Shown here: in pieces, positions 35,101-47,228 of the stretch | Position numbering within the stretch: position 1 is the stretch's first letter | How the letters are laid out: every line of letters begins with the position of its first letter | From: an uncultured Bacillaceae bacterium | GTDB lineage: Bacteria; Bacillota; Bacilli; Bacillales; Alkalibacillaceae | Length of the DNA stretch: 64,000 nt | Direction of reading: 5' to 3' | Assembly: GCA_937983065.1 (NCBI GenBank) | Contig: CALKAL010000049.1 | Location: forward strand, 4,961-68,960 | Made by a program: the position numbers and the translations under genes | The notes under the pieces: generated by a model | Databases searched by the model: none | Seen by the model: only the letters and a program-made list of their open reading frames with translations | Told to the model about the DNA's origin: nothing

Positions 35101-36408
35101 TTATTTTTTGGTAGCTTTTCTAGGTATTAAGTCCTGCCTCACTTCAGAAACGAAATATAATGAACCCGTTATAACGATACAGTCATCATCGTTTAAATCA
35201 CTTCTTAATTTATCAAACGCCCTTTTCCAGCTAAGCTCTAATGATATATTATATTTTTCTGAAATGTTTTTTAGTTCATCATACCCATAACTTTGGAAAT
35301 AGTCAAATGGAACTATGATGATTTTTCTAAAATGTTCCTTTAACTTGGATATAATTCCATCAATCGGTTTGTTTTTTACAACTGATAATATAATATAAAT
35401 GTGTTCACTTCGAAATCGTCTATTTAACGTATCGATTAACGTTTCAACTGCCTCGACATTGTGGGCACCATCTAATACAATAGTTGGATCGTTGTCGATA
35501 ATTTCAAACCGGCCAATCCAGAATGATTCCTTTAATCCGCGCTTTATTTTTTCTATGGCATAATTTTTATTTTCTAACTCAAACAACTTAATAAAACTAA
35601 ACAATGCTAATGTCGCATTTTCTATTTGATGTTTTCCACTCATCGTAATGTTAATTGAATCGATTGATATTTGTTCTGATACGAAGGTAAAATGTTCTCC
35701 GTTTTCGTTTGATTGGATCCATTTAAACGAGTAGTCTTCGTTAATTTGAAACAATTGGCTCTCATTACTTTTTGCAGTTTCTTTTATAATTTCAATCGCA
35801 GTTGGATCAGTGACATTCGTAATCACTGGGACACTCTCTTTAATAATACCACTTTTCTCAGCCGTAATTTCTTCAATTGTTTCGCCTAATATTTTCGTAT
35901 GGTCAAATCCAATTGATGTAATGATAGATAGTAATGGTTTTTCTATTACATTAGTGGAATCTAATCGGCCCCCTAATCCAACCTCGAAAATCGCATAGTC
36001 AACATTTTTATCTAAAAAATATTTGAAAGCAATCACTGTAATAATTTCAAATTCTGTCGGCTTTCCTAATTCTGTTTGCCCAACTTGTTCACATAGAGGT
36101 TTAATTAGTTCGACATATTTAACTAAATCTTCCCCACTAATTGGTTGTCCATCAATACTTATCCGTTCATTAAATAGCTCGATATAAGGAGATGTAAATG
36201 TCCCGACTTGATAATCATGTGCCTGAAGCAAATGTCTTAAATATGTCACTGTTGACCCTTTTCCATTTGTACCTGCAACATGGATTAGTTTTAGTTTTTT
36301 TTCTGGGTTACCAAGCTGGTTTAGTAACCATTCAACCCGTTTCAAGCCTGGTTTAATACCGAATTTAAGCTGATTATGAATCCAGGAAATCGCCTGTTGC
36401 TCGTCCAT
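35101..36408 (-). CDS. folC: folylpolyglutamate/dihydrofolate synthase
   Basis: HVAGTNGKGS, EVGLGGRLDSTN, LDGAHN, TGSLY. Confidence 0.97.
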   Translation of the reverse strand: MDEQQAISWIHNQLKFGIKPGLKRVEWLLNQLGNPEKKLKLIHVAGTNGKGSTVTYLRHLLQAHDYQVGTFTSPYIELFNERISIDGQPISGEDLVKYVELIKPLCEQVGQTELGKPTEFEIITVIAFKYFLDKNVDYAIFEVGLGGRLDSTNVIEKPLLSIITSIGFDHTKILGETIEEITAEKSGIIKESVPVITNVTDPTAIEIIKETAKSNESQLFQINEDYSFKWIQSNENGEHFTFVSEQISIDSINITMSGKHQIENATLALFSFIKLFELENKNYAIEKIKRGLKESFWIGRFEIIDNDPTIVLDGAHNVEAVETLIDTLNRRFRSEHIYIILSVVKNKPIDGIISKLKEHFRKIIIVPFDYFQSYGYDELKNISEKYNISLELSWKRAFDKLRSDLNDDDCIVITGSLYFVSEVRQDLIPRKATKK

Positions 36409-36467
36409 GATTTAAACCTCCTGCTCAAGCTCGTCTCTAATTGATTGTTTCGAGTTCAATTAAAATT

Positions 36468-36510
36468 ATATAATAAAATTGCCTGCATCATACAGGCAAT
36501 TTTATTATAT
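36468..36510 (-). terminator. 18-bp perfect inverted repeat after valS
   Basis: ATATAATAAAATTGCCTG / CAGGCAATTTTATTATAT. Confidence 0.65.
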
Positions 36511-39162
36511 TTAATTCATATTTTGAAGCTCTTGAAGTCGTTCTTGTACCATTTGTTGTTTTTCTACATATTCTTTTTCTTTTTCCCGCTCCTCTTGAAC
36601 GATATGCTCTGGAGCTTTACTAACAAAGTTTTCATTAGCTAATTTCTTTTGCACCCGTTCGACTTCCTCGTTCCATTTTTTCAATTCTGCTTTTAACTTT
36701 TCAATTTCGGCGTTTATATCAATAAGTCCTTCTAACGGGAAGAAAATTTCCGCACCAGTGACAACGGAAGTTTTTGCTTGTTCAGGAACTTGAATATCCG
36801 TTGAAATTTCTAACGTTTTCGGATTACAAAAACGTTCTAAATAATATTTGTTTTTATTTAATTCTTCAACGATTGTCGAATCATTCGCTTTTATTAAAAT
36901 ATTAATTTCTCTGGACATCGGTGTATCTACTTCACGACGTACATTTCTAACAGCGCGAATTATTGATACGAGTCTTTCCATTTCTTTTGCCGATTGATTA
37001 AAATTGTAACTCGGATTAGCTTCTGGCCAAGCTGCAACAGTAATCGATTCTCCTTCATGGGGAATATGCTGCCAAATTTCTTCTGTAATAAATGGCATAA
37101 ACGGATGAAGCATACGTAACGTTTGGTCTAAAACGTAAACGAGGACGGATTTGGTCGTCGCTTTTGCTTCTTCATTTTCACCATATAACGGAAGCTTTGC
37201 CATTTCGATATACCAGTCACAAAAGTCACTCCAAATGAAATTGTATAAATGACGGCCTGCTTCACCGAAATCATAACGTTCAATATAACGGGTCACTTCG
37301 CTTATCGTTTCATTTAAACGGGTTAATATCCATTCATCAGCGACTGTTTTCTCCTTAGATAAATCGATATCTTCTAGCGAAAAATCGTCTAAGTTCATAA
37401 TGACGAAACGAGAGGCGTTCCAAATTTTATTGGCAAAATTCCACGTTGATTCGACCTTCTCCCAATGGAAACGTAAATCTTGACCAGGGGATGAACCTGT
37501 TGACAAGAAGTAACGTAATGAATCGGCGCCATACTTTTCGATCACATCCATCGGGTCAACACCGTTACCTAAAGATTTACTCATTTTCCGCCCTTCCGCA
37601 TCTCGAACAAGTCCGTGAATTAAAACATCTTTAAATGGACGTTGATCTGTAAAATGTTTAGATTGAAAGACCATGCGAGCGACCCAGAAAAATATAATAT
37701 CGTATCCAGTCACTAATACATCTGTTGGAAAGTAACGTTTATAATCTTCGCTTTCTACATTCGGCCAACCCATCGTTGAAAACGGCCATAGTGCAGATGA
37801 AAACCACGTATCTAACACATCTTCATCTTGTTGCCAATTTTCAATATCTGCTGGCGCTTCCTTACCAACATAAACTTCACCTGTTTCTTTATGATACCAA
37901 GCTGGAATACGGTGACCCCACCAGAGTTGTCTTGAGATACACCAATCTCGAATATTTTCCATCCAGTTTAAATACGTTCCTTCAAAACGATTCGGAATGA
38001 AATTTACTTTCTCATCTGTCTGTTGCAATTTAATCGCTTCTTCTGCTAGTGGCTGCATTTTAACAAACCATTGTGTCGATAAATACGGTTCGACTACAGC
38101 CCCGCTTCGTTCAGAATGTCCAACTGAATGAATATGCTCTTCAATTTTAAACAAAACGCCTGCTTCTTCTAAATCCTTAACAATTTGTTTACGACATTCA
38201 AATCGATCTAATCCATTATATTTCCCTGCATTTTCATTCATCGTGCCATCTTCGTTCATGACGAGAATTCGCTCTAACTGATGGCGGTTACCAATTTCAA
38301 AGTCATTCGGGTCGTGGGCAGGGGTAATTTTAACTGCACCTGAACCGAATTCCATATCAACATAATCATCGGCGACTATTTCAATTTCCCGACCGACTAT
38401 TGGAAGGATTACTTTTTTACCAATTAAATGTTGATACCTTTCATCATCAGGATGAACGGCAACAGCTGTATCACCTAACATCGTTTCTGGTCGTGTCGTC
38501 GCTACTTCAATATGACCTGAGGCGTCTTTTAACGGATATTTCATATGATATAAAGCGCCTTTCACCTCATCATATATAACTTCGATATCAGATAGAGCTG
38601 TTTTCGTACTCGGATCCCAGTTAATAATATATTCCCCACGATAAATTAAGCCTTCTTCATACAATTTTATAAATACTTCTTGAACAGCATGAGATAATCC
38701 TTCATCGAGGGTAAAGCGCTCTTTAGAATAATCGAGTCCTAAACCTAATTTCTCCCATTGACTTCTAATAAATTGGGCATACTCTTCCTTCCAGCTCCAA
38801 GACGCTTCAAGGAATGCTTCTCTCCCTAAGTCGTAACGTGATTTTCCTTCTTCCTTTAACTTTTCCTCAACTTTTGCTTGGGTTGCAATACCAGCATGGT
38901 CCATTCCAGGCAACCATAACACATCGTAACCCCGCATCCGTTTATACCGAGACATAATATCTTGTAATGTCGTATCCCAAGCATGGCCTAAATGGAGTCG
39001 TCCTGTTACGTTTGGCGGTGGAATGACGATTGTAAATGGCTCTTTATTCGGATCATTTTTCGCTTCAAAAAAGCCACCCTTTAACCAATAATCATAACGC
39101 CCCTTTTCAACCTGCTCTGGATGATATTTAGGTGCCATTTGCTCCCCTTGGCGATGTGCCAT
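36511..39162 (-). CDS. valS: valyl-tRNA synthetase
   Basis: [29 protein letters not shown]. Confidence 0.99.
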   Translation of the reverse strand: MAHRQGEQMAPKYHPEQVEKGRYDYWLKGGFFEAKNDPNKEPFTIVIPPPNVTGRLHLGHAWDTTLQDIMSRYKRMRGYDVLWLPGMDHAGIATQAKVEEKLKEEGKSRYDLGREAFLEASWSWKEEYAQFIRSQWEKLGLGLDYSKERFTLDEGLSHAVQEVFIKLYEEGLIYRGEYIINWDPSTKTALSDIEVIYDEVKGALYHMKYPLKDASGHIEVATTRPETMLGDTAVAVHPDDERYQHLIGKKVILPIVGREIEIVADDYVDMEFGSGAVKITPAHDPNDFEIGNRHQLERILVMNEDGTMNENAGKYNGLDRFECRKQIVKDLEEAGVLFKIEEHIHSVGHSERSGAVVEPYLSTQWFVKMQPLAEEAIKLQQTDEKVNFIPNRFEGTYLNWMENIRDWCISRQLWWGHRIPAWYHKETGEVYVGKEAPADIENWQQDEDVLDTWFSSALWPFSTMGWPNVESEDYKRYFPTDVLVTGYDIIFFWVARMVFQSKHFTDQRPFKDVLIHGLVRDAEGRKMSKSLGNGVDPMDVIEKYGADSLRYFLSTGSSPGQDLRFHWEKVESTWNFANKIWNASRFVIMNLDDFSLEDIDLSKEKTVADEWILTRLNETISEVTRYIERYDFGEAGRHLYNFIWSDFCDWYIEMAKLPLYGENEEAKATTKSVLVYVLDQTLRMLHPFMPFITEEIWQHIPHEGESITVAAWPEANPSYNFNQSAKEMERLVSIIRAVRNVRREVDTPMSREINILIKANDSTIVEELNKNKYYLERFCNPKTLEISTDIQVPEQAKTSVVTGAEIFFPLEGLIDINAEIEKLKAELKKWNEEVERVQKKLANENFVSKAPEHIVQEEREKEKEYVEKQQMVQERLQELQNMN

Positions 39163-39199
39163 ATAAATCCCTCCATCAACTAGTTTAATTCCATCATTG

Positions 39200-39445
39200 A
39201 CAAAAATAAAAAAATCTTTTCATCCTTTAACTAAAGGACGAAAAGATTTAATTCGCGGTACCACCTTCATTTGCAAATAATAAAACATATTTGCACACTT
39301 CATGACGATAACGGTTTTCCCGGCTTCTTCTACTTTATTTCAAAGAAGCTGCATATTCAGAGCGACCTTCCAAGTCTTCATACCGAGGAAGCTTTCAGCG
39401 AGATGCTTCCCTCTCTTTCGGAATTCAACTTGTACTCCTCTCTTA
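39200..39445 (-). promoter_or_regulatory. valine T-box riboswitch
   Basis: T-box AAGGTGGTACCGCG (39254-39267), terminator with U-tract (about 39204-39248), AGAGAG and GCTGAAAG stem I boxes, candidate specifier GUC (39364-39366). Confidence 0.9.
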
Positions 39446-39569
39446 CAAGCATTTCATAATCAATTTAATTTATTATATCATATACAAATGAGCAGCTATC
39501 TGTCAATTTAAATGACACAAAATTTTTATCATTATCATATGTTGTAACAAAATAGAAAGGAGGATTAGA

Positions 39570-39758
39570 ATGGCCAAACATTATCGGTACCGGTTTCCAC
39601 CTTGGTTATTTAAATGTGCCATCGTTATGGAGAAATGCACATTGCCTCTTTTAATTTATCAGCTGATTAGAACTTTATTTTTTCCAACGACCCTCGATGT
39701 GTTATTACTCGGATTGTTTGTCGGTCTCTTTTTAGCCTTTTATTTAAAATGGATTTAG
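39570..39758 (+). CDS. small membrane protein (YszA-like)
   Basis: AGGAGG RBS; QLIRTLFFPTTLDVLL...LKWI; synteny next to valS. Confidence 0.75.
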   Translation: MAKHYRYRFPPWLFKCAIVMEKCTLPLLIYQLIRTLFFPTTLDVLLLGLFVGLFLAFYLKWI

Positions 39759-40804
39759 CTCGATTTTGTTTCTTTATATGGAACGTAAAGCAATTCACCA
39801 CTTTGAAGCTCATAGCCAGATTCCAAATTGTTTAATCGTTCCAGCCTAGTTACGGAAACATCGTAATCTTTTGCAATGGAATCGAGCGTCTCATCTTCTT
39901 GGACAAACCGAATTTTAAGCTGTACCTTCTCAGGCTGATCTTCTTTGTTACGAAACAGACTTGCTAAATAACTCAACCCTTTTTTAGGTTTTTCTTCAGC
40001 TTCTTGCTCCACTTCTTCTACTTCTGTACTTTCAACATCACCTTGCTGCTCCTCCTCAACGGATTCAGCTGTGACCGGTTCTACCATTTCTTCATTTGAA
40101 CTCGTTAACTCTTCTGAAGCTACCGCCTGCTCCTGTTTTTTCTGTAAAAATTCAGAGAAGCTATGGGTCGTTTCTTTTTTCCAAAAATCACGACCTACTT
40201 CATCATCACCATCATCAGATTTAGCTTCATCTTGTACTTCGTCACTTTGCTCATCTTGATATGGCACACTTCCATCAAAATGAGGAACGTTATCCTCTTC
40301 CTGTTCCTCTTCCAAACTCGGTATGGCCTTTAATTCAAAATCAGGTTGATAAAACTCCCTTTCTTCCTCAGGCTCTAATTCTACTCCGTCCAGACGAATT
40401 TTAGCAAAGATGTGTAATGTTTTCGGCTCAGGTAATTCATAATCGAAATATTCAATATGAACTTCAGGCTCATTCGTTTCCCTAATCCGATTGCTCGGAA
40501 TCGTAATATCAACTGGGATTGGGTAGTTAAAGGTCGTAAATCCATTATCCATCGCTTTTACTTGCTGAACGTAATTATCAGCTTGTTCTTCATCAATTAA
40601 ATAAACGGGTTCTTGATTTGGAATCGATTGATATTCTCCTGAAACGATTAACACACCTCTTAATTGAATATGGGTCATTTCATTATAAACACGAACATCT
40701 GGTTGAATTGAAATCCCATATAAATCATCAATTTCTTCGCCCTGGCGGAAAACAATCTTCTCTTCTAAATCAAACAATATCGGCTCATTATTATTTTCAC
40801 TCAC
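39755..40804 (-). CDS. spoVID: spore coat morphogenetic protein SpoVID
   Basis: N-terminal ISIQPDV / IPVDITIP / FDYELP domain, acidic linker, C-terminal LysM. Confidence 0.9.
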   Translation of the reverse strand: MSENNNEPILFDLEEKIVFRQGEEIDDLYGISIQPDVRVYNEMTHIQLRGVLIVSGEYQSIPNQEPVYLIDEEQADNYVQQVKAMDNGFTTFNYPIPVDITIPSNRIRETNEPEVHIEYFDYELPEPKTLHIFAKIRLDGVELEPEEEREFYQPDFELKAIPSLEEEQEEDNVPHFDGSVPYQDEQSDEVQDEAKSDDGDDEVGRDFWKKETTHSFSEFLQKKQEQAVASEELTSSNEEMVEPVTAESVEEEQQGDVESTEVEEVEQEAEEKPKKGLSYLASLFRNKEDQPEKVQLKIRFVQEDETLDSIAKDYDVSVTRLERLNNLESGYELQSGELLYVPYKETKSS

Positions 40805-40911
40805 AATCCTTCCTCCTCACCTAATCTCTTTATCAATAAATATATGTGTTTTTATTAATAAAAAGAACTTGAGGATCAAGGTTGTTTCATTTAAGATAGG
40901 CATCAATCCAT

Positions 40912-40950
40912 AAAAAAACCCTAGTTAGCTTCTATTCAACTAACTAGGGT
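40912..40950 (-). terminator. terminator of hem operon
   Basis: ACCCTAGTTAG / CTAACTAGGGT followed by U7 on the minus strand. Confidence 0.85.
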
Positions 40951-40957
40951 ATATCCT

Positions 40958-42253
40958 TTATTCTTCATGTTTATATTGGCTAAACACGCGATCAGCTGCA
41001 GCGATTGTTTTTTCAATATCTTCATCGGAATGAGCTGTTGATAAAAACATCCCTTCAAATTGAGAAGGTGGTAAAAAGATACCTTCCTCAAGCATGCCTT
41101 TATAGTACGTTGCAAACCAATTTAAATCAGATGTTTTTGCCGCATCGAAATTAATAACATCCTCTTCAGTAAAGAAAAATCCAATCATCGAACCAGCCCG
41201 ATTCACTTGAAGGGGAACATGATGTTTCTCTGCTGCTTGTTTGAATCCTTCGATGAGTCGGTCTGCTTTTCGATTCATTTCGACATACGATTGTTCTGTT
41301 AGCTGACTTAACGTTTCATATCCAGCTGTCATAGCTAGTGGATTTCCTGATAAAGTACCTGCTTGATAAATATCCCCAGACGGAGCAACGCGTTCCATAA
41401 TTTCTCGTTTACCACCGTAGGCTCCAACTGGTAAACCTCCACCGATAACTTTTCCTAAACACGTAATATCTGGTGTAATGTTAAAATGACCTTGGGCACC
41501 TTGATAGCTCACACGGAATCCAGTCATAACTTCATCAAAAATTAATAATGAACCAAATTCATTTGTAATTTCTCTTAAAAACGATAAGAAATTATTAACT
41601 GGAGGAACGACTCCCATATTCCCCGCCACTGGCTCAACAATCACGGCTGCAATATCATCGCCGTATTCATCAAAAGCATAACGTACACTTTCTTGATCGT
41701 TATATGGCACGGTAATCGTATTTTGTGCAATCGATGCAGGAACTCCTGGGCTATCAGGTAAACCTAGTGTCGCAACGCCTGAACCTGCTTTAATTAATAA
41801 TGAATCTCCGTGACCGTGATAGTTTCCTTCAAATTTTAATATTTTATCTCGTCCAGTATAACCTCGTGCAAGACGCAAAGCACTCATCGTTGCTTCTGTC
41901 CCTGAGTTAACCATTCGGATCATCTCTATTGAAGGAACCCGCTCAATGACGAGTTTGGCTAATTCATTTTCATAAGCCGTGTTTGCTCCGAAGCTCGTCC
42001 CTTTTTCCATCACTTCTTTTAATCTTGAAACGACTTTTTCATGGGCGTGACCTAAAATTAAAGGTCCCCAACTTAATACATAATCAATATATTCATGACC
42101 TTCTACATCATAAATTTTTGATCCTTTTCCACTGTCCATATAAATAGGGTCTAATTCAACATTTTTAAAAGCTCTTACTGGCGAATTAACCCCGCCTGGC
42201 ATTAACGTAATTGCTTCTTCATACAATTTTTTCGACTTAGCATAGCGACTCAT
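40958..42253 (-). CDS. hemL: glutamate-1-semialdehyde 2,1-aminomutase
   Basis: [31 protein letters not shown]. Confidence 0.98.
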   Translation of the reverse strand: MSRYAKSKKLYEEAITLMPGGVNSPVRAFKNVELDPIYMDSGKGSKIYDVEGHEYIDYVLSWGPLILGHAHEKVVSRLKEVMEKGTSFGANTAYENELAKLVIERVPSIEMIRMVNSGTEATMSALRLARGYTGRDKILKFEGNYHGHGDSLLIKAGSGVATLGLPDSPGVPASIAQNTITVPYNDQESVRYAFDEYGDDIAAVIVEPVAGNMGVVPPVNNFLSFLREITNEFGSLLIFDEVMTGFRVSYQGAQGHFNITPDITCLGKVIGGGLPVGAYGGKREIMERVAPSGDIYQAGTLSGNPLAMTAGYETLSQLTEQSYVEMNRKADRLIEGFKQAAEKHHVPLQVNRAGSMIGFFFTEEDVINFDAAKTSDLNWFATYYKGMLEEGIFLPPSQFEGMFLSTAHSDEDIEKTIAAADRVFSQYKHEE

Positions 42254-42271
42254 TTTTATCCGCTCCTTCTA

Positions 42272-43249
42272 CTATTCACTTAACCATTTAGCAACATCTT
42301 TCGCGAAATACGTGATGATTAAATCTGCTCCTGCCCGCTTCATTGAAGTTAGTTTTTCGAGAACAATTTGTTTTTCATCAATCCAGTCGTTTTGGGCCGC
42401 CGCTTTAACCATGGCGTACTCACCACTTACGTTATAAGCAACGATTGGATATGGATACCGATCCTTGATTTCTCTCATAATATCCAAATACGTCATCGCT
42501 GGTTTGACAATTAAAAAGTCTGCCCCTTCATGTACATCACTATCTGCCTCACGAATCGCTTCTAATCGATTGCTCGGATCCATTTGATACGTTTTCCGAT
42601 CCCCGAATTGAGGTGTACTTCCTGCCGCATCACGGAATGGACCGTAAAAGGCTGAAGCGTATTTAACTGCATACGACATAATCGGGATTTCTTCAAAACC
42701 ATTTTCATCCAAACCTTTACGAATCTCTTGAACGAAGCCATCCATCATATTAGATGGTGCAATAATATCTGCTCCAGCCTTCGCTTGAGAAATAGCTGTT
42801 TTCACGTGAAGTGGTAAAGACGCATCGTTATCAACATAATTATCATGAATAACGCCACAATGACCGTGATCCGTATATTCACATAAACACGTATCTGCTA
42901 CGACAATTAAATCCGAGTAATGTTGTTTAATTAATCGGGTTGCTTGTTGGACGATTCCTTCATCATTATAAGCTTCTGAACCGACTGCATCCTTTTTCTT
43001 TGGGATGCCAAACAGTAAAACAGAACGAATACCTAAATCAACGACTTCTTTGATTTCATCTAATAAATAATCTAATGATAATTGATAAATACCCGGCATC
43101 GATGGTACTTCATTTTTTTGATTAGCTTCCTCAGTGACGAAGATGGGATAAATGAAATCTTCCTTTTGTAAGACTGTTTCCTTAACGAGTGCACGCATAT
43201 TTTCAGATCTTCTTAATTTCCGATGACGATCAAACTGTAATTGACTCAT
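42272..43249 (-). CDS. hemB: porphobilinogen synthase
   Basis: [11 protein letters not shown] zinc site, YGPFRDA, VKPA. Confidence 0.98.
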   Translation of the reverse strand: MSQLQFDRHRKLRRSENMRALVKETVLQKEDFIYPIFVTEEANQKNEVPSMPGIYQLSLDYLLDEIKEVVDLGIRSVLLFGIPKKKDAVGSEAYNDEGIVQQATRLIKQHYSDLIVVADTCLCEYTDHGHCGVIHDNYVDNDASLPLHVKTAISQAKAGADIIAPSNMMDGFVQEIRKGLDENGFEEIPIMSYAVKYASAFYGPFRDAAGSTPQFGDRKTYQMDPSNRLEAIREADSDVHEGADFLIVKPAMTYLDIMREIKDRYPYPIVAYNVSGEYAMVKAAAQNDWIDEKQIVLEKLTSMKRAGADLIITYFAKDVAKWLSE

Positions 43250-44022
43250 ACAATACCCCTTTCCGATGATTCTATTATTTTTTCTAAAAGACCATCTAGC
43301 GTATATTCATTCGGTATTAACGTGTGTTTAAAGCCGACTTCCTTAGCTTTAGCTTCCGTCGTTTCCCCAATACAGAAACACGGTTTATTTAACTCATCCG
43401 CTATATTACCCTTTAGCTGAGTTGAGAAAGCATCAATGGATGAGGGTGAAGTAAAGCAATACAAGTCAATTGGATATTCCTTTAAAATTTGTGCTAAATT
43501 GATTTTGTCATTAACGGCCGTTTTATAGACGAACATCGTATCAAAGGGTATGTTTTCCTTTGATAATTCACGATCAATGACATCACGGGCTAAATTTCCT
43601 TTGACGAGTAATGGATAATTCGGTTTATATTTTTGTAAGTATTGTGATGAAAAATGATCAGCATCAAAGGTTGTCGGTACAAAGGAAGCATTGAAACCAT
43701 ATTGCTTTAGCGCGAGCTCCGTTTTCGTACCAACTGTTCCGAACCGAAGTGCTTTATTTTGCTTTAAAATAGAAATCGTATAACCAAATTCCTTTAATGT
43801 TTGAAAGAAAAAATGAACGCCGTTAATACTCGTAAATATAATCCAATCATATTTTGAAATATGGTCAAGTAATGTTTTGTTTTCTTTTATCTTCCAATGT
43901 TCAAATGTAGTAAGGGGTACAGGAATAACATTTGCCCCTAAATTATCTAATTCATCAATAAAAAGTTTCGCTTTATTTTTTTCCCTTGAAAGAAAAATTG
44001 TTTTATTTTTGAGTGAATCCAT
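43246..44022 (-). CDS. hemD: uroporphyrinogen-III synthase
   Basis: [21 protein letters not shown]. Confidence 0.93.
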   Translation of the reverse strand: MDSLKNKTIFLSREKNKAKLFIDELDNLGANVIPVPLTTFEHWKIKENKTLLDHISKYDWIIFTSINGVHFFFQTLKEFGYTISILKQNKALRFGTVGTKTELALKQYGFNASFVPTTFDADHFSSQYLQKYKPNYPLLVKGNLARDVIDRELSKENIPFDTMFVYKTAVNDKINLAQILKEYPIDLYCFTSPSSIDAFSTQLKGNIADELNKPCFCIGETTEAKAKEVGFKHTLIPNEYTLDGLLEKIIESSERGIV

Positions 44023-44024
44023 GA

Positions 44025-44954
44025 TTACTCACCCATTTCATTAATTGCTTCAGCAACGAGATCTTGGGCACCTTGATTAATTAAATCAGCCGCAGCTAAT
44101 TCACCCGCTTCAATAGGGTCCTTTGATTTTCTCGTCGTTTTTAAAATTGTTTTTCCATCACCTGAAGCAACTAACGCTGTTAAAACAACTTCATCTTCTT
44201 CAATAACAGCATATCCAGCAATCGGAACTTGACAGCTACCTTCTAATAGGTTTAGAAATTTACGTTCAGCTGAAACTGTTTTTGCCGTATATTCATCATT
44301 AATTAATGTTAATAGATTGAGTAAATCCTGATCCTCTTCCCGACATTCAATTGCCAATGCCCCTTGACCAACCGCTGGTAAACAAACTTCTGGCTCAATA
44401 AATTCCGAAATAATATCTTCATTCCAGCCTGATCGTTTAACACCCGCTGAAGCTAATAGGATTGCATCATAATCTTCTTCTTTTAACTTTCTTAAACGGG
44501 TATCGATATTTCCTCTAATCCATTTAATATTTAAATCTGGACGATAAGCGAGTAATTGGGCACTTCGTCTTAAACTACTCGTACCGATAATTGCCCCTTC
44601 TTTTAAATCATCTAGCTTCTCATTATTTTTAGAAATAAGAATATCTCGGTGATCCTCCCGCTTCGGAACTGAACCGATGACTAATCCTTCTGGCAGTACA
44701 GAAGGCATATCTTTCATGCTATGTACAGCCATATCAACTGTTTTATCGAACATTTCTTTTTCGATTTCTTTAACGAATAACCCTTTTCCGCCAACCTTAG
44801 AAAGAGTCACATTTAAAATACGATCGCCTTTTGTGCTGATTTCTTTTATTTCAAACGTGTATTGATCCGTTACTTTTTTCAGTTGCTCAATGACCCATTT
44901 TGTTTGTGTTAATGCTAAATTACTTTTTCTTGAACCGACAATGATATGACGCAT
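44025..44954 (-). CDS. hemC: hydroxymethylbilane synthase
   Basis: [28 protein letters not shown]; start set by AGGAGG RBS. Confidence 0.98.
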   Translation of the reverse strand: MRHIIVGSRKSNLALTQTKWVIEQLKKVTDQYTFEIKEISTKGDRILNVTLSKVGGKGLFVKEIEKEMFDKTVDMAVHSMKDMPSVLPEGLVIGSVPKREDHRDILISKNNEKLDDLKEGAIIGTSSLRRSAQLLAYRPDLNIKWIRGNIDTRLRKLKEEDYDAILLASAGVKRSGWNEDIISEFIEPEVCLPAVGQGALAIECREEDQDLLNLLTLINDEYTAKTVSAERKFLNLLEGSCQVPIAGYAVIEEDEVVLTALVASGDGKTILKTTRKSKDPIEAGELAAADLINQGAQDLVAEAINEMGE

Positions 44955-45015
44955 CGTTTTCCTCCTGTACAAATAAATATATAAAAAAATGGCTTGATTT
45001 GACCAAACCATTGGA

Positions 45016-45041
45016 TAGAAGGCAAGCTCGCTTGCCTTCTA
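45016..45041. other. strong GC-rich hairpin between hemA and hemC
   Basis: TAGAAGGCAAGC-TC-GCTTGCCTTCTA; no U-tract on the sense strand. Confidence 0.6.
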
Positions 45042-45089
45042 ATGTTAATAATTATCTCAAAATGATCAAAATATGTTTGATCTTACTTC

Positions 45090-46454
45090 TTATGAATTTG
45101 AATAAAATAAGCTTGCAATCGGCAACATTCTTGTTACTGATTGATGACTTTGGTGCTTTTTACTCTGTTCTTCAAGCTCATGCTGAACCTCTTCCTCGAT
45201 GCCAAACACGCGAATAAACAATTTTAACATATCCTCTGAATGTTCTTCGCCAGCCATTTCCTTCGCTTGCAAAATAGGTTCTTTTAACATTTGATTAATA
45301 ATACTTTTCGTATGTTTACTTAGCACTTTTCGTTCACGGTCGGTTAAATCAGGCATTTTTCGTTCAATCGATGCCATCGTTTCCGCTTGAATTTTAAGTG
45401 CTTTCTTTCTTAAAGCTGATAGAATAGGCACAACTCCTAAAGTAACAAGCCAGTCATCAAATTCCTTAATTTCTTCAACAATTAATTTTTCAATTTGTTC
45501 AGCTGCTTTTTGACGTTCTTCTAAGTTATGATCAACGATATCTTGTAAATCATCAATATCGTACAACATCACATTTTCTAATTCACTAATATTAGGATCA
45601 ATATTTCTTGGAACAGAAATATCAATTAAAACGAGTGGACGATTATCCCGTTTAGCAAATGCTTCTGAGACAATTTCCTTCGTTATTACGTAATCGTTCG
45701 CACCTGTTGACCCGATGACAATGTCTGCCTCTACTAAAGCATCTGATAATTGCTCAATTGATTTTGCTTTTCCAGAAACCTTCTGAGCAACAGTATCAGC
45801 AGTTTTTAACGTCCGGTTTGCAATCGTTATATTTTTAACGCCGCTACCGTGTAAATTTTGAGCAGCTAATTCACCCATCTCACCAGCACCAACAATGAGC
45901 GCATGTTTATCATTTATTTGACGAAAGAGTTTTTTCGATAGTTCTACTGCCGCATAACTAATTGAAACCGCATGTTCGCCGATTTCTGTTTCGTGATGCG
46001 CTCTTTTCGCATTTGTCACAGCCATTTTGAATAATTGATTAAAGATAAGTCCTGACGCATCATGCTTTTGAGCGATGTCGAATGCTGTTTTTACTTGGCC
46101 TAGAATTTGCGTTTCACCTAATACCATCGAATCAAGCCCAGCAGACAGTCGGAATAAATGTTCAATCGCTTCTTTATCTTCTTTAATCGATACGTAATCG
46201 TTAATTTCTTCTAATGGAAAGGAAAACCATTCAGAAATAAATCGTTTTGTATAATAACGACCCGTATGTGCTTGGTCAGCCACAACGTAAAGCTCGGTCC
46301 GGTTACATGTTGAAACGATGATGTTTTCTAGTATGCTTTTTTCTTTATTCAGAGCTGTCATTGCTTCCGCGACATGATCATCTGAAAAAGAAAGCCGTTC
46401 TCTAACCTCAATCGGGGCTGTCCGATAGTTCAAACTTACAACAATAATATGCAT
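45090..46454 (-). CDS. hemA: glutamyl-tRNA reductase
   Basis: STCNRTE, GLDSMVLGETQILGQ, GAGEMG. Confidence 0.98.
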   Translation of the reverse strand: MHIIVVSLNYRTAPIEVRERLSFSDDHVAEAMTALNKEKSILENIIVSTCNRTELYVVADQAHTGRYYTKRFISEWFSFPLEEINDYVSIKEDKEAIEHLFRLSAGLDSMVLGETQILGQVKTAFDIAQKHDASGLIFNQLFKMAVTNAKRAHHETEIGEHAVSISYAAVELSKKLFRQINDKHALIVGAGEMGELAAQNLHGSGVKNITIANRTLKTADTVAQKVSGKAKSIEQLSDALVEADIVIGSTGANDYVITKEIVSEAFAKRDNRPLVLIDISVPRNIDPNISELENVMLYDIDDLQDIVDHNLEERQKAAEQIEKLIVEEIKEFDDWLVTLGVVPILSALRKKALKIQAETMASIERKMPDLTDRERKVLSKHTKSIINQMLKEPILQAKEMAGEEHSEDMLKLFIRVFGIEEEVQHELEEQSKKHQSHQSVTRMLPIASLFYSNS

Positions 46455-46478
46455 GACTTAAACTACACCCCTGTCTCA

Positions 46479-46493
46479 TAATAATCGTTCTAA
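46479..46493. promoter_or_regulatory. second, weaker PerR box upstream of hemA RBS
   Basis: minus strand TTAGAACGATTATTA, 3 mismatches to TTATAATNATTATAA. Confidence 0.45.
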
Positions 46494-46571
46494 TTCAAAG
46501 TATATCAGTTAATATCATCCAGTTAATTGCCTATTCATGAACTTATTATGAAAATTTGTATGAATATTAAA

Positions 46572-46586
46572 TTAGAATGATTATAA
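46572..46586. promoter_or_regulatory. PerR box upstream of hemA
   Basis: TTAGAATGATTATAA, 1 mismatch to TTATAATNATTATAA; the hem operon is PerR-regulated in B. subtilis. Confidence 0.75.
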
Positions 46587-46661
46587 TTAACCATTAATTA
46601 TCGTATCATAGTATGTTATAATCAATCAAGAAATCCGTCTAGAACTAGGAGTTGTCAAACG

Positions 46662-47141
46662 ATGAAAAAACATTCAACGATTATTAGTCTTTTACTTATT
46701 GGAATCGGGATTTATTTTTTGTTACAACAATATTCTATTCCCTATTTATCTCAGTTTAGTACATGGCCAACCTTATTAATTATTTTTGGTGTTGCATTTT
46801 TATTTAATAGTTATAAAAATAAAGACCGTGATAGTTTATTTCCAGGAATCGTCCTACTCGGTTTAGGTATTCATTTTCATGCTTTAAACGATGTAGACTG
46901 GTGGACAAATCATTGGGGAATGTACACATTAATCGTCGGATTAGCTTATTTAATACATAGTTACAAATCTAAAAAGAGCTTAACGCCAGGGTTGTTATTA
47001 ACAGTTATTTCGATAATCGTCTTAATGCCTGCGATTATTCCGAGCTGGTATACTACTTTTGATTTTGTTTATTCAAAAATTGAGCAGTTTTGGCCGTTTA
47101 TATTAATTATTATTGGTAGCTTATTATTGTTTAAAAAATAA
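46662..47141 (+). CDS. membrane protein YsxD-like (LiaI/LiaF-like TM)
   Basis: LLIGIGIYFLL, WPTLLII, FWPFILII; divergent from hemA as in B. subtilis. Confidence 0.8.
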   Translation: MKKHSTIISLLLIGIGIYFLLQQYSIPYLSQFSTWPTLLIIFGVAFLFNSYKNKDRDSLFPGIVLLGLGIHFHALNDVDWWTNHWGMYTLIVGLAYLIHSYKSKKSLTPGLLLTVISIIVLMPAIIPSWYTTFDFVYSKIEQFWPFILIIIGSLLLFKK

Positions 47142-47180
47142 GAAACAGTCGTAGTTTTAACAAATGATGAAAACTTATCC

Positions 47181-47221
47181 AAAAAAAGATGGCCACACGT
47201 AAATAACTGTGGCCATCTTCT
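47181..47221. terminator. bidirectional terminator between ysxD-like gene and ysxC
   Basis: AAGATGGCCACA / TGTGGCCATCTT. Confidence 0.8.
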
Positions 47222-47228
47222 TATTTAG

